64,000 nt of DNA from the NCBI GenBank assembly GCA_002170775.2, contig NHIP02000014.1:44462-108461 (forward strand), given 5' to 3'. Below the pieces are notes generated by a model, which worked only from the letters and a program-made list of their open reading frames with translations, did not search any database and was not told where the DNA came from. Below are positions 23,718 through 33,134 of this stretch, in pieces. Each line of letters begins with the position of its first letter. Position 1 is the first letter of the stretch. Origin of the DNA: Euryarchaeota archaeon TMED192 (GTDB lineage: Archaea > Thermoplasmatota > Poseidoniia > Poseidoniales > Thalassarchaeaceae). Made by a program: the position numbers and the translations under genes.

Positions 23718-26700
23718 CAGATATCCTCTACCCTACTTCCGCAGGCTGGACAAGAAGTACGACGGATTTTCTTCGAGAGGTCGAATCGTGTAAAACACGA
23801 TTCACATGTCACGGTTCTGAAAGGATTTGATGGATCAACTTGCACAGGCGGCGCCGGAACTTCTTGTATCGCAATTTCTTTTGGAGGGGGGATACTCACT
23901 GGCAAGACCTCTTCAACAGCATCCTCATCAATCTCCAACGCATCTTCCGGATCTGCCTCTATGATCACCGAAGCTGACCTCCGGCGGTCCGAGATATTCG
24001 TCAGGCCCTGTCTTATGGTGCCCACTAGCAGGGACAAGAGAATTACGAGCATGACCGTCGCAAGACCTGCAAGGAGGATGTTGAATTCGGTGTCATCCAA
24101 TCCAAGCGAATCCTTAGCCTGTTCAAAGATATTTGACGGCCCGTCATCGAGATTGCCGTTACTAATGACTTCAACCAAAGACCAACTCCCTGCCATGGTT
24201 TGTTGCATATATGGGATAGAAAGCCCATCAGACCGGTCCGATACCCCGTATATCCAGCCGCTCGATATCCTGTTCTCTAGCCCAATCCACCCTTCTTCGG
24301 GATCAATTATTCCAATATTCGCTACGGGGCCAATGGGGCTGACTGAGTCGTGAATGATGTAGAATGCGCCCCCTCGCTGAGATATCGCCGCTAAACTCGC
24401 TCCTCTTGCAAGTATCGAATAGGAGGCCCCGTTGATAGTTGAGAAACCCTCGTCCACAATAACCATTCTCAGTACGGAGGAATCCCCCTCCCCTTCAATC
24501 CAACCTATCGCAATCCTATCTTCATCATCGACCTCGTCAACAGCCATTGTGGGGGATCTTCCCTCTACTGCGATGGCTCGTTTGTAAGTCCAGGAATCAT
24601 CTCCAAGTATGCCATGGGCGTACCAAAGCCCGAGTACGTCTTCTGAGCTGGTGTCATTCCTAGACGATGTGTACAGGAGATGGAGTAAGTCTTCTCCAAT
24701 TTCAACTTCTATCTCAACATTGGGCTCCGATAAGGTATCGATATCCTCTATCACGTTCACGACTAATTCCCACTCGCTAGCAGATTGAGGGTCTTCGGCA
24801 TGAAGGGTGAAAATTGATTCTAAGGGCTCAAAGGCCGACCCTGATGATAGATCCCTAAGACAACCAGCGATTACAACGAGATCATCTTGCTGATCTATGT
24901 CGACTCCGAAGTAATCGCCAAGATTCATCGGCAATGGTTCCATCAGGTCTTGCGGTACCGTGGAGGTGCATTGGTCGTCTACCGTGGAGTAGGATACCGT
25001 CTCGCTAAGTACACCGGTGCCCGTAACAAGCCTCCTCGTCCAGACTACATGTGCAATACTGCTGTCATCTACAGTCGCGGTTATCGAACCACTCCAGAAT
25101 CTCTCTAGAGGGGTAATGCAGCGAACTATCGTGCCATCTTCTTCTATTTTGTGCATTATTATCTGAGTTCCTTCAGAGGTCAAAATCAGACCAGTTTTCC
25201 TAAATGCTAGAACTGCTAGAGGCTCCTCATCCTCTGATAATGAAACAAGCCGACTGGAGACTCTTGAATCATCGATGACTATCACGCCCTCGATTTCATT
25301 CGAACTCCAATCCTCGTCAACCAGTTCCGGTCCACTGACGGTTATGCGATATTCCATGGGTCCCGCTGTAGATGCGGATAGGGGGAACTCAACCATAGAA
25401 ATCTGACCTGCAGGTATCATGGAGAGTGATCTCGACAGAATCGGTAACCAGCCTCCTGACTCTTTGATGTGGAGAGTAGCTTCTATGCCTGGGGAGTCAA
25501 GATTGCCATCATTTCGAAGCATGGTGATCAACGTAAACTGATCACCAGGATTGGGAATCACCGGCGACGTTGCAATACCTCCTTCCACCAAGACTATGTC
25601 GGTCCCTTGCTTCAAAGGCATAACCTCAAAATCCAGGCTGGCCAAATTGTCCGATTCGTCCAGCTCTTCAATCGTGTCCGATGGATCTACAACTATGGAA
25701 AGGTCCTTTGTACCTGAAACTGAGGGATTCCAGTAAAGGGTGAACGCAGCCTTTTCACTCACTGAAATCTTGGGTATCGTTGCTTCAAACCTGCGCTGAC
25801 CATCTTCGTAAAGGCTGACCATGACCCCTGAGGCACCCACATCCCCTTCGTTACGTATCTCGCCTCTTACTTCGAGGAATGAACCCACTCGGGCCTCATC
25901 AATGGGGATCCCATAATCAGTAACCAATGAGCCGTCCATTATGATCAAATTTGGTCTGGGGGGGAGGTTATCAACTTCCACAGTCCTTCTGTCAATCTCG
26001 CTGAAAAGACCATCCCCGCTCTCCAATCTAACACGGATGTCGCGTTCTCCTTCTTCCATATCGGATGTATCTATTGAAATCTCGAACTCCCCTGTGTACT
26101 CGTCCCGATCCTTATTGACTTCTGATAATGATGGCCCGTCAAACCACTGGCCATCATCAATCTTCCACCTGATTATCCCTCCATCCACTGTCGAATATGA
26201 GCCGCTCAACTCCATCAACCCTGATACTGTGCTACCGGGCTCAGGTATTGATAACCCGAGATCGATTTTTCCAATCGCATGGAAGCTTCTGTTCACTGCG
26301 CTCCATCTTCCTGATTCATTCCTGGCCTTAGTCTCCAGAGAGAGCCGAGCATCAAAATACCCATTCACATCGATTATCGGCACGGATACTATTGAGGACC
26401 ATCGTCCATCTTCGTCAAGAGACAAATTTGTCCAATTTGACTCTTGTTTTACCAACTCAACCTGTCCGCCGGGCTTTTCCTTCTTGTAGGAATAACCAGT
26501 CCTAATCTGAACCTCTTCTACGCTCAAGGTCCCTTCCTCATCTTCATTTAGAGTGCCGCTGAATGAGTAGTTTTTACCTTGGACAACCCAATCGTTTTCT
26601 GCTGGCGAGTCGATGTAAATCCATTCTTCGCCGGTTTGTATTTGGGCACAGTCGCCACCTATTAGACAACTGTATAGCCGTTCACCATCGACTATTCCAT

Positions 26701-28339
26701 ATCCATATTGGTTGTTCCATCTATCCGAGTTTCCAGGGTCGCTAGGATCTCCCCTCTGCTCAGAAGTGACTTTGATGATAGTCTTCACATCCTCCGGGGA
26801 GAGCGTATCGTCGTAGGATAAGATCAAAGCAGCCAAACCAGCAACAGCAGGACATGCCATGCTGGTCCCTGATTTCTCGGTGTAACTATCATCGGCCAAG
26901 TTCTCATCACCCACAGGGAGTGGGTTCGGAGCCGCATATTCAGCGGAAACAATTCCACTTCCAGGTGCTACAACATCTGGCTTGTGCTCATCTTCACTGT
27001 CGCCATCATCGTCGCTGACCCTAGGGCCGTAATTGGAGTAGGAAGCTATCTCGTCATCCCCTCTTTCTATTGAATCATCTTCATCGATCGCACCTACAGT
27101 TATTGCCTTGTCCGCAGCCCCTACCGAAGTGACTCGGTTAGAACCGTCATTACCTATCGCCGCAACTGCGACAATACCTGCCTCGACTGCCTGGTTGACT
27201 GCCCGAGCATCTGCGTTCTGCCCATCGTCGCCTTGATCGTCTCCTCCGGGATTGCTAATGGAGCCGAATGACATCGACATCACATCGATCCCACGACTAG
27301 ATTCGTTGTTACCCCAGTCTGTATCCGCGTTGTTGGCAACCCAATTGATTCCTTTCAGAGTCGCCGCCGAGTTCGTAGTGCCGATGTCATTGAGTACCTT
27401 AACGTCAACTAGGTAAGATCCAGGAGAGTATCCGATATGCTCACGTTCGCTATCACCTGTGCCGAGTGCAATCCCTGCGACATGGGTTCCGTGACTATCT
27501 CCATCATCAGGATCAAAATTCCCGTCTGAACACTCTGTCTGCTGGCTGGATGTAGCATCGCAGCCTGCAATCCACTTGGGGTCAGCAAGGTCTCCTGGCT
27601 CATTCGTGTTGTCCGTATTAGCATCGGAGAAGTCATCCAGTCCGAAGTGCTCGTTGTCTACGCCAGTATCGAGAATGGCAATAACAACGCCTTCGCCCAT
27701 GTAGCCGTTGCTCCAGAATGAATCTGGATACACTGAGCTCCCCCTCACCTTGGATGCATATGTAGCAGTTGCAAGATACGGTTCCAGCACATTCTGTTGC
27801 TCGATTAAGATGACGCCCGGCAGCGAGAGAATATCCGGGAGTGATGATACCGGAACTCTATCCAAGACTATCGAATCGAGTATATCCATCTGAAAGAACC
27901 ACGAGCTCTCTTCAAGCCATCCATGTTTCATCAGAACGCTTCTGAGAGATTCCGCGTCTGTCTCTCCTGGGTGCCACGCATAATCCACAACTATGGCGAC
28001 GGTTTTTCTCCCATCCGGCCCTATGATTGCCGTGGGGGATATTGACTCAGACACACCGGTAAGAATACTTTCGAGACGATCATCCATTCCATCAGAGTCA
28101 CTATCTCTGCCATACGACTCCCACCAACCGTATGCTTCGACTGCCAGACCGGCATCACCGGGTGCATCTGAGTGTTTTATTTTGTCAGATCTGCACCACC
28201 CTTCGTCGCAGGACGTATTGTAATCATCTTCATGATTGAATTCAGATATATTTTCGAATGACGTAGCCCCTGATGATGCGTCCATTATTATGATGAGCAC
28301 TGATAGAAGCAGTGCCCGTCTGGCCCCTTTATGTTGCAT
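23717..28339 (-). CDS. giant subtilisin-family (S8) serine protease, membrane-anchored, with cytoplasmic C-terminal zinc ribbon
   Basis: The signal is ARRALLLSVLIIIMDASSGA, followed by an I9-like propeptide. The catalytic blocks are VVIAILDTGVD, SHGTHVAGIALG, AAIGNDG and SGTSMACPAVAG (about 26830..27700). CARDB-like units follow (DPSDTIEELDESDN), then a TM (FNILLAGLATVMLVILLSLLVG) and a tail ending CESCFTRFDLSKKIRRTSCPACGSRVEDI. The start is moved from TTG 28417 to ATG 28339, which immediately precedes the signal peptide. Confidence 0.9.
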   Translation of the reverse strand: MQHKGARRALLLSVLIIIMDASSGATSFENISEFNHEDDYNTSCDEGWCRSDKIKHSDAPGDAGLAVEAYGWWESYGRDSDSDGMDDRLESILTGVSESISPTAIIGPDGRKTVAIVVDYAWHPGETDAESLRSVLMKHGWLEESSWFFQMDILDSIVLDRVPVSSLPDILSLPGVILIEQQNVLEPYLATATYASKVRGSSVYPDSFWSNGYMGEGVVIAILDTGVDNEHFGLDDFSDANTDNTNEPGDLADPKWIAGCDATSSQQTECSDGNFDPDDGDSHGTHVAGIALGTGDSEREHIGYSPGSYLVDVKVLNDIGTTNSAATLKGINWVANNADTDWGNNESSRGIDVMSMSFGSISNPGGDDQGDDGQNADARAVNQAVEAGIVAVAAIGNDGSNRVTSVGAADKAITVGAIDEDDSIERGDDEIASYSNYGPRVSDDDGDSEDEHKPDVVAPGSGIVSAEYAAPNPLPVGDENLADDSYTEKSGTSMACPAVAGLAALILSYDDTLSPEDVKTIIKVTSEQRGDPSDPGNSDRWNNQYGYGIVDGERLYSCLIGGDCAQIQTGEEWIYIDSPAENDWVVQGKNYSFSGTLNEDEEGTLSVEEVQIRTGYSYKKEKPGGQVELVKQESNWTNLSLDEDGRWSSIVSVPIIDVNGYFDARLSLETKARNESGRWSAVNRSFHAIGKIDLGLSIPEPGSTVSGLMELSGSYSTVDGGIIRWKIDDGQWFDGPSLSEVNKDRDEYTGEFEISIDTSDMEEGERDIRVRLESGDGLFSEIDRRTVEVDNLPPRPNLIIMDGSLVTDYGIPIDEARVGSFLEVRGEIRNEGDVGASGVMVSLYEDGQRRFEATIPKISVSEKAAFTLYWNPSVSGTKDLSIVVDPSDTIEELDESDNLASLDFEVMPLKQGTDIVLVEGGIATSPVIPNPGDQFTLITMLRNDGNLDSPGIEATLHIKESGGWLPILSRSLSMIPAGQISMVEFPLSASTAGPMEYRITVSGPELVDEDWSSNEIEGVIVIDDSRVSSRLVSLSEDEEPLAVLAFRKTGLILTSEGTQIIMHKIEEDGTIVRCITPLERFWSGSITATVDDSSIAHVVWTRRLVTGTGVLSETVSYSTVDDQCTSTVPQDLMEPLPMNLGDYFGVDIDQQDDLVVIAGCLRDLSSGSAFEPLESIFTLHAEDPQSASEWELVVNVIEDIDTLSEPNVEIEVEIGEDLLHLLYTSSRNDTSSEDVLGLWYAHGILGDDSWTYKRAIAVEGRSPTMAVDEVDDEDRIAIGWIEGEGDSSVLRMVIVDEGFSTINGASYSILARGASLAAISQRGGAFYIIHDSVSPIGPVANIGIIDPEEGWIGLENRISSGWIYGVSDRSDGLSIPYMQQTMAGSWSLVEVISNGNLDDGPSNIFEQAKDSLGLDDTEFNILLAGLATVMLVILLSLLVGTIRQGLTNISDRRRSASVIIEADPEDALEIDEDAVEEVLPVSIPPPKEIAIQEVPAPPVQVDPSNPFRTVTCESCFTRFDLSKKIRRTSCPACGSRVEDI

Positions 28340-28413
28340 ACGCGTACCGCCACTTCCGCATACGCCGTATAATCCCAACTTACCTATGTGCCCAAAAAAG
28401 CCAATCACATGGG

Positions 28414-29292
28414 TCAACTGCCATCTTGGAAGGCTTCCAAAATAGGAATGATCTCTGCATTATGCGCAAACTGGTTACTTGGCACTTCGATACACTGGGA
28501 ATTGGGGAGGTGCTCTGTAAGAAAATCGATCGCTCCGGCTGCATGAAGGGAGTCCGATTTAGCGGTTATCAGTGCAATCCTATCATCAACTGAAGATACG
28601 CCTTCCTCCATTTTGTACGCGCCATTCGACAATGCGCTTAACCGGAGCCTCTTCACGTTGGATGCGAGCAAGGTCCTTCGATATCTTATCCTCTGCCCCT
28701 CCTCTTTCAGTTTGAAGTCGAGATATACTATTGCGAGCCTAACCAATGGGGGGTAAACGAAGCTAGGCATCATTATCAGGAGACGACTCCAAAGTGGGAA
28801 GTCGAAACTCGTATTTGGGGCCAAAAGGGCCACGCTCCTGGGTTCGAAAGCACTTTCTGCCAACGCCTCGAGAATTATTGTGGCTCCCAGCGAGGAGGCG
28901 AACCAGTCATTACCAGAAGATATCTCTGGGAATTCTGCGATCACAGTCTTTAGATCCTCCACGCTTCGATGGATTGAGAGGTCTGATTTTCTTGGCCTGC
29001 CTATTGAAACAGCACTTCCTTTTTCCCTTGTTTCAATGTATGTCACCCTTCTCTTGGAAGCCCATTTTTCAACTATATCCTGCCATCCTTCGTAGACGCT
29101 GTTCCATCCTGGGATCATAACGAGAGGTGTGGAGCCTGAATCATTTTCTGGCACCCACCGCATGACTCGTATGGACCATCCATCATCCATTTTTACCATT
29201 TTTGACTCGGCCGTGGCACCGGCCACTTCTGGTATCTGAGTCCATGGGCTATCCATTTCATACCCCTCGAGACAAATCAGCAGCCTCATCAC
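28414..29292 (-). CDS. alpha/beta-fold hydrolase
   Basis: PLVMIPGWNS (oxyanion region), a nucleophile-elbow-like WFASSLGATI and a C-terminal His region (NQFAHNAE). ATGA overlap with lemA. Confidence 0.6.
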   Translation of the reverse strand: MMRLLICLEGYEMDSPWTQIPEVAGATAESKMVKMDDGWSIRVMRWVPENDSGSTPLVMIPGWNSVYEGWQDIVEKWASKRRVTYIETREKGSAVSIGRPRKSDLSIHRSVEDLKTVIAEFPEISSGNDWFASSLGATIILEALAESAFEPRSVALLAPNTSFDFPLWSRLLIMMPSFVYPPLVRLAIVYLDFKLKEEGQRIRYRRTLLASNVKRLRLSALSNGAYKMEEGVSSVDDRIALITAKSDSLHAAGAIDFLTEHLPNSQCIEVPSNQFAHNAEIIPILEAFQDGS

Positions 29293-29897
29293 TCAAATTC
29301 GAGTGAAGGGCGCTGTCTTGCTGCCATATCATCCATCACGTAAAGCTCGAGCTCTCCCTTACCCATCCAGCTCGCAACCATGACGTTGGGGAAGACCTCG
29401 ATCAAATTGTTAAAGTTGGTAGCAGCCGAATTGTACGCCTCACGCCTGTCGCTAATGATGTTCTCGATATCGCTGATCTGATCTTGCAATGCAAGGAAAT
29501 TCTCGCTTGCCTTCAGGTCGGGGTACTGCTCTGCCACAGCGTAGATCTTGGGAAGCATCTGTCCAAGTAGTGCCTCATTCTTCATCACGCCCCCGACATC
29601 ACCTCCCTTCGAGGCACTTGCAGCAGCCATTCTCGCCTCTGCAAACTGGTCGAACATTTGTTTCTCGTGCTTAGCATAGCCTCGGACAGTTTCCACTAGG
29701 CTGCTAAACTGGTCGTAGCGCTGTTGTAGGACAACGTCCACATTGCTCCACATTCTGTCACACTCATTTTCCGCGCGAACTATTCTGTTGTAGAGCCCTA
29801 TAGCCCAAAATAGTAGGACTAGTACGAGTAGTCCGGAGCATCCAAGAGTAGCTAGTAAGACGATGTTTGCTGTAGCCATGACTCTTTGCAGTCGCAA
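29289..29897 (-). CDS. lemA: LemA family membrane protein
   Basis: N-terminal TM, then LYNRIVRAENECDRMWSNVDVVLQQRYDQFSSLVETVRGYAKHEKQ, the typical LemA block. Confidence 0.85.
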   Translation of the reverse strand: MRLQRVMATANIVLLATLGCSGLLVLVLLFWAIGLYNRIVRAENECDRMWSNVDVVLQQRYDQFSSLVETVRGYAKHEKQMFDQFAEARMAAASASKGGDVGGVMKNEALLGQMLPKIYAVAEQYPDLKASENFLALQDQISDIENIISDRREAYNSAATNFNNLIEVFPNVMVASWMGKGELELYVMDDMAARQRPSLEFE

Positions 29898-29930
29898 TGA
29901 TGGAATGAACCTTGGCCTCTCCGGCCCTGA

Positions 29931-31454
29931 TTATCCCGTAGTAGTGAATACATCGCCTTTTTCGTTGACAAGCCCTTCTTTGACGAGTCCCCTCAGATGC
30001 GAAAGAGTCTGATCGCGGACAAGAGATTCGGGTGCACCCGGGGCGTCTTTGTAGGCACTCAAGGCAATATCGCCTAAGCTACTCAACCCTCCTCTGACCG
30101 CATTCAAGACTTTGGAATGACGATCCATTCTGTGGTTCAATGTGCGCGAAAGGACCCTCAATGGCGCGGCACACACCGGGCCATGGCTGGGGAACAGGAG
30201 ATTCGGGCTCATAGCAGAAAGTCGTTCTAGACCATTCATGTACTGGTGCATATCTCCGTCAGCGGAGGGAACGAGTATGGTCCCGACCATAGTGACATTA
30301 TCTGCTGATAGCAGTCCTGACTTCGAAATCAGGGACACCATGCCGGGGCAATGTCCGGGCGTCTCGATAACCTTCCATGGCAAATTATCGTCGAGATCTA
30401 TGATGTCCCCCTCTTTGATCACGGTCCCACCCCCTATCGCAGCAAGCGTCTCGGAAGTACCGAGAACCTCGACGTCCACAATTTTTCGAATTCTGGCCCT
30501 ATCTCCAATATGGTCGGTATGGCGGTGAGTGTACAAGATTGACTTGATTCGTTTACCGCAGCTCTCTAGCTCGTTCAGGCGTCCGACGATTATGGCTTGG
30601 CCCTCTTCATCCTGAATTGCTGGATCTACAAGAAGCAAATCATCCCCCTGCCCGATTATGAAGCAATTAGTATGGGTGGATGGTGGAAGAGTCGCTGTCG
30701 GTATGGGCAGACACTCAACACCCGGCGCGAACTCGATCTTATGTGGCCCAATCGGCGGCTTGCCTGCAAGCTCGGAGAGAATTTCCAATACTCCTCGACC
30801 TTCACTGCAACGGTCAACGATATCTCGCATGAAAGTGACCTGGGGCGGAGCCATCCTTGCCGTACCCTGCTCCCATTGTTCCAAGATATCCTCTGGATTC
30901 CACCATTTGAATTCCGTGAATTCACTCCTCCCAGGGGGATGCTCAGGCTCTGGAGCATACTCACCAAGATGGATGTGGTAGAATCTATTCGTGTACCTTA
31001 CTGGGGCTAAAGGAGGGGTAGTCCGCTCTGTAACCAGCGAAGCCCCAGCCATATCCGCGGTTATCACTCCCCTAGCCAATGCCTCGGTCCAAGCCCCGGG
31101 CCCCTCAACCAGCTTCTTGCGCACACTGGGAGGAACGACAACCCAATTCCCTCCCTCCCCTTTCGAAAGGCCAGTCTCTTCCACAACCTCTCGGAATAGG
31201 GTTACTAGAGATTCCATGGATTGGACATCATCCCCCGAGCCTGACCTTTTCCTCGCATATTCGATGTCCTCCTTCGAAACACCACCTCCAGGGAATGCCC
31301 AGAACTCGGGAAAGGTTGGAACATCCGGATGTCTCAGCCCCATGAGCATCCTAATCGAACCGGGCTCCCCCTGGGTAAGTACTGCGCTTGAAGCACGCCT
31401 CGGCGGACGAACAGTACTACGCTCGTGGAGATTCATGGATAGACGAGGCCTCAC
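29931..31454 (-). CDS. Nudix-like domain fused to MBL-fold metallohydrolase
   Basis: The N-terminus carries a Nudix box with an insertion (FPGGGVSKEDIE...LFREVVEETGL). The C-terminus has LYTHRHTDHIGD (HxHxDH, about 30510..30527), ETPGHCPG and FPSHG, typical of the MBL fold. Confidence 0.75.
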   Translation of the reverse strand: MRPRLSMNLHERSTVRPPRRASSAVLTQGEPGSIRMLMGLRHPDVPTFPEFWAFPGGGVSKEDIEYARKRSGSGDDVQSMESLVTLFREVVEETGLSKGEGGNWVVVPPSVRKKLVEGPGAWTEALARGVITADMAGASLVTERTTPPLAPVRYTNRFYHIHLGEYAPEPEHPPGRSEFTEFKWWNPEDILEQWEQGTARMAPPQVTFMRDIVDRCSEGRGVLEILSELAGKPPIGPHKIEFAPGVECLPIPTATLPPSTHTNCFIIGQGDDLLLVDPAIQDEEGQAIIVGRLNELESCGKRIKSILYTHRHTDHIGDRARIRKIVDVEVLGTSETLAAIGGGTVIKEGDIIDLDDNLPWKVIETPGHCPGMVSLISKSGLLSADNVTMVGTILVPSADGDMHQYMNGLERLSAMSPNLLFPSHGPVCAAPLRVLSRTLNHRMDRHSKVLNAVRGGLSSLGDIALSAYKDAPGAPESLVRDQTLSHLRGLVKEGLVNEKGDVFTTTG

Positions 31455-31525
31455 GGGTTTCTAATCACATGTATGGTTCTTAGACATCTGAAAAGTGCTA
31501 TCCGCCATGCCTTGGAGGACCCTGT

Positions 31526-31894
31526 ATGAACCCCGCCTTCCTGGTCGCCACTGGCGGGGCGTTGGGCGCACTTGGGAGATGGGCAATCGGCTCATTGGGT
31601 GCAGGTATGGCATTCCCGTGGGCCACTCTGGGAGTCAACTTGATTGGCTCGCTGCTGCTTGGTGTACTCGCAGCCGCATTCTCAAGCGGCTCAATCTCTA
31701 AGGATGCAATTCTGCTCTTGGGCGTTGGATTCATGGGGGCATTTACAACGATGTCGACATACTCAATCGAGGCAGTTGAGATGGGCGAATCTGGTGCCTT
31801 TGGTGCTTTAGCAGCCTATGTTGCGGTGACAGCACTGGGTTGTCCATTATTTGCATTGGCGGGGTGGCGAGGTATGTCTCTGCTGATGCCCTAA
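31526..31894 (+). CDS. crcB: fluoride ion channel CrcB/FluC
   Basis: VATGGALGALGRW, GVNLIGSLLLG and GFMGAFTTMSTYSIE. 122 aa, 4 TMs. Confidence 0.9.
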   Translation: MNPAFLVATGGALGALGRWAIGSLGAGMAFPWATLGVNLIGSLLLGVLAAAFSSGSISKDAILLLGVGFMGAFTTMSTYSIEAVEMGESGAFGALAAYVAVTALGCPLFALAGWRGMSLLMP

Positions 31895-31925
31895 CCCCGC
31901 AAAGGGCCGCAGCCCTGAAGTTGGA

Positions 31926-32792
31926 ATGCCCCCTCTTCCACCCATGGAGCCCATAAGAGCGATCAATCGCGAGGTCGGTTCTGGCCGAGAGATTGCCTCG
32001 ATAGAAATTCCCAGAATCGGGTTAGGGGTCTGGATGATGAATGGCCCGAATGAGTGTAAGAACGCCGTAATCGATGCAATATCAATCGGGTATCGTATGA
32101 TAGATACCGCGCGATCATATGGAAATGAGGAGGAGGTCGGAGAGGCAATCAGAGAATCCGGGATTGACAGATCAGAAATCACAGTAGTCACCAAACTTCG
32201 CAGAATGCATGCGATCAGCTATGAATCTACTATTGAGCACTGCAAGATAAGTTTGGAGAAACTCGCGATGGATCAGATTGACCTCTATCTTGTGCATGCC
32301 CCTCCAGAAGATGCGGGTGCGAGAGAGCCGGTTTGGAGAGCCATGGAAGACCTTCTGGAAGCAGGCCTTGTGAGAACAATCGGAGTCAGCAATTACGGCG
32401 TACACCATCTGAGAGATCTTGAGTCGTATGCCAAGATAATGCCTTGTGTGAACCAGGTCGAGTTGAATCCATGGATTCAGAGACCTGAGCTCCATTCCGT
32501 CACTCGCGAGATGGGTGCGATAACCATGGCGTACTCCCCTCTCGCAAGGGGTCAGAAGGCCAATGATCCAGAAATCTCGGAGATATCTAACAAGATAGGC
32601 TGCACGGGTGCGCAGGCCGCCATTCGCTGGTGCCTAGACCAAGGCGCGGTAGTCATTCCAAAGTCCAGCGACCCATCTAGGCAGCGAGAGAACCTAGATT
32701 CCATGGGCGTTAATATCGACCCGATCAGAAACGAGATAGATAATCTGGACTCGAATCATGTCTCAGGATGGGACCCGACGGTGGAACCATGA
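31926..32792 (+). CDS. aldo/keto reductase
   Basis: IPRIGLGVW, GYRMIDTARSYGNEEEVGEAI, DLYLVHAP, IGVSNY and NQVELNPW form the classic AKR pattern. Confidence 0.85.
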   Translation: MPPLPPMEPIRAINREVGSGREIASIEIPRIGLGVWMMNGPNECKNAVIDAISIGYRMIDTARSYGNEEEVGEAIRESGIDRSEITVVTKLRRMHAISYESTIEHCKISLEKLAMDQIDLYLVHAPPEDAGAREPVWRAMEDLLEAGLVRTIGVSNYGVHHLRDLESYAKIMPCVNQVELNPWIQRPELHSVTREMGAITMAYSPLARGQKANDPEISEISNKIGCTGAQAAIRWCLDQGAVVIPKSSDPSRQRENLDSMGVNIDPIRNEIDNLDSNHVSGWDPTVEP

Positions 32793-32977
32793 GCCAGATA
32801 AGAGACCCAGAAACCATTGAAGAGGAGTTGGAACTCTTCGCGGAGGCTGTGAGATTGGGCATCGACCCATTCCCGCCGAAGCGAGTACGTGGGAGGATAC
32901 TGCGCCTGTCTCTGGGGTGGTTCATGATCATCATCATGCTCTCCTGGGTCTCGCAGTTTCTCTACAGGGCGCTGTAA
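32789..32977 (+). CDS. small tail-anchored membrane protein (hypothetical)
   Basis: ATG 32789 forms an ATGA overlap with the AKR stop. The 62-aa product has an acidic N-terminus and one C-terminal TM (LSLGWFMIIIMLSWVSQFLY). No homology is recognised. Confidence 0.4.
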   Translation: MSQIRDPETIEEELELFAEAVRLGIDPFPPKRVRGRILRLSLGWFMIIIMLSWVSQFLYRAL

Positions 32978-32999
32978 GTTTGGATGGGAACAAACATAT

Positions 33000-33075
33000 T
33001 GGTAGTCCCGCCCGGATTCGAACCAGGGTCATGGCATCCAGAGTGCCATATGATGGACCACTACACTACGGGACT
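33000..33075 (-). tRNA. tRNA-Gln (anticodon CUG), CCA encoded
   Basis: The minus strand reads AGTCCCG-TA-GTGTAGTGGTCCATCAT-A-TGGCA-CTCTGGA-TGCCA-TGAC-CCTGG-TTCGAAT-CCGGG-CGGGACT-A-CCA. The A1:U72 pair is typical of archaeal tRNA-Gln. Confidence 0.85.
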
Positions 33076-33134
33076 TCGCCCCTGCGGTGGACGGTTTTGT
33101 ATTTCAACGAACCCATGATGGTCTATGAGCCATA

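Noticed and set aside
31455-31525. Possible fluoride riboswitch upstream of crcB
   Set aside because: I looked for the crcB-motif core (GGCGAUG...AAAC.GCC...CUGAUG.CCU). Only a loose CUGAAAAG resemblance is present, with no pseudoknot partners. The 71-nt leader is more simply a promoter plus a GGAGG-like SD.
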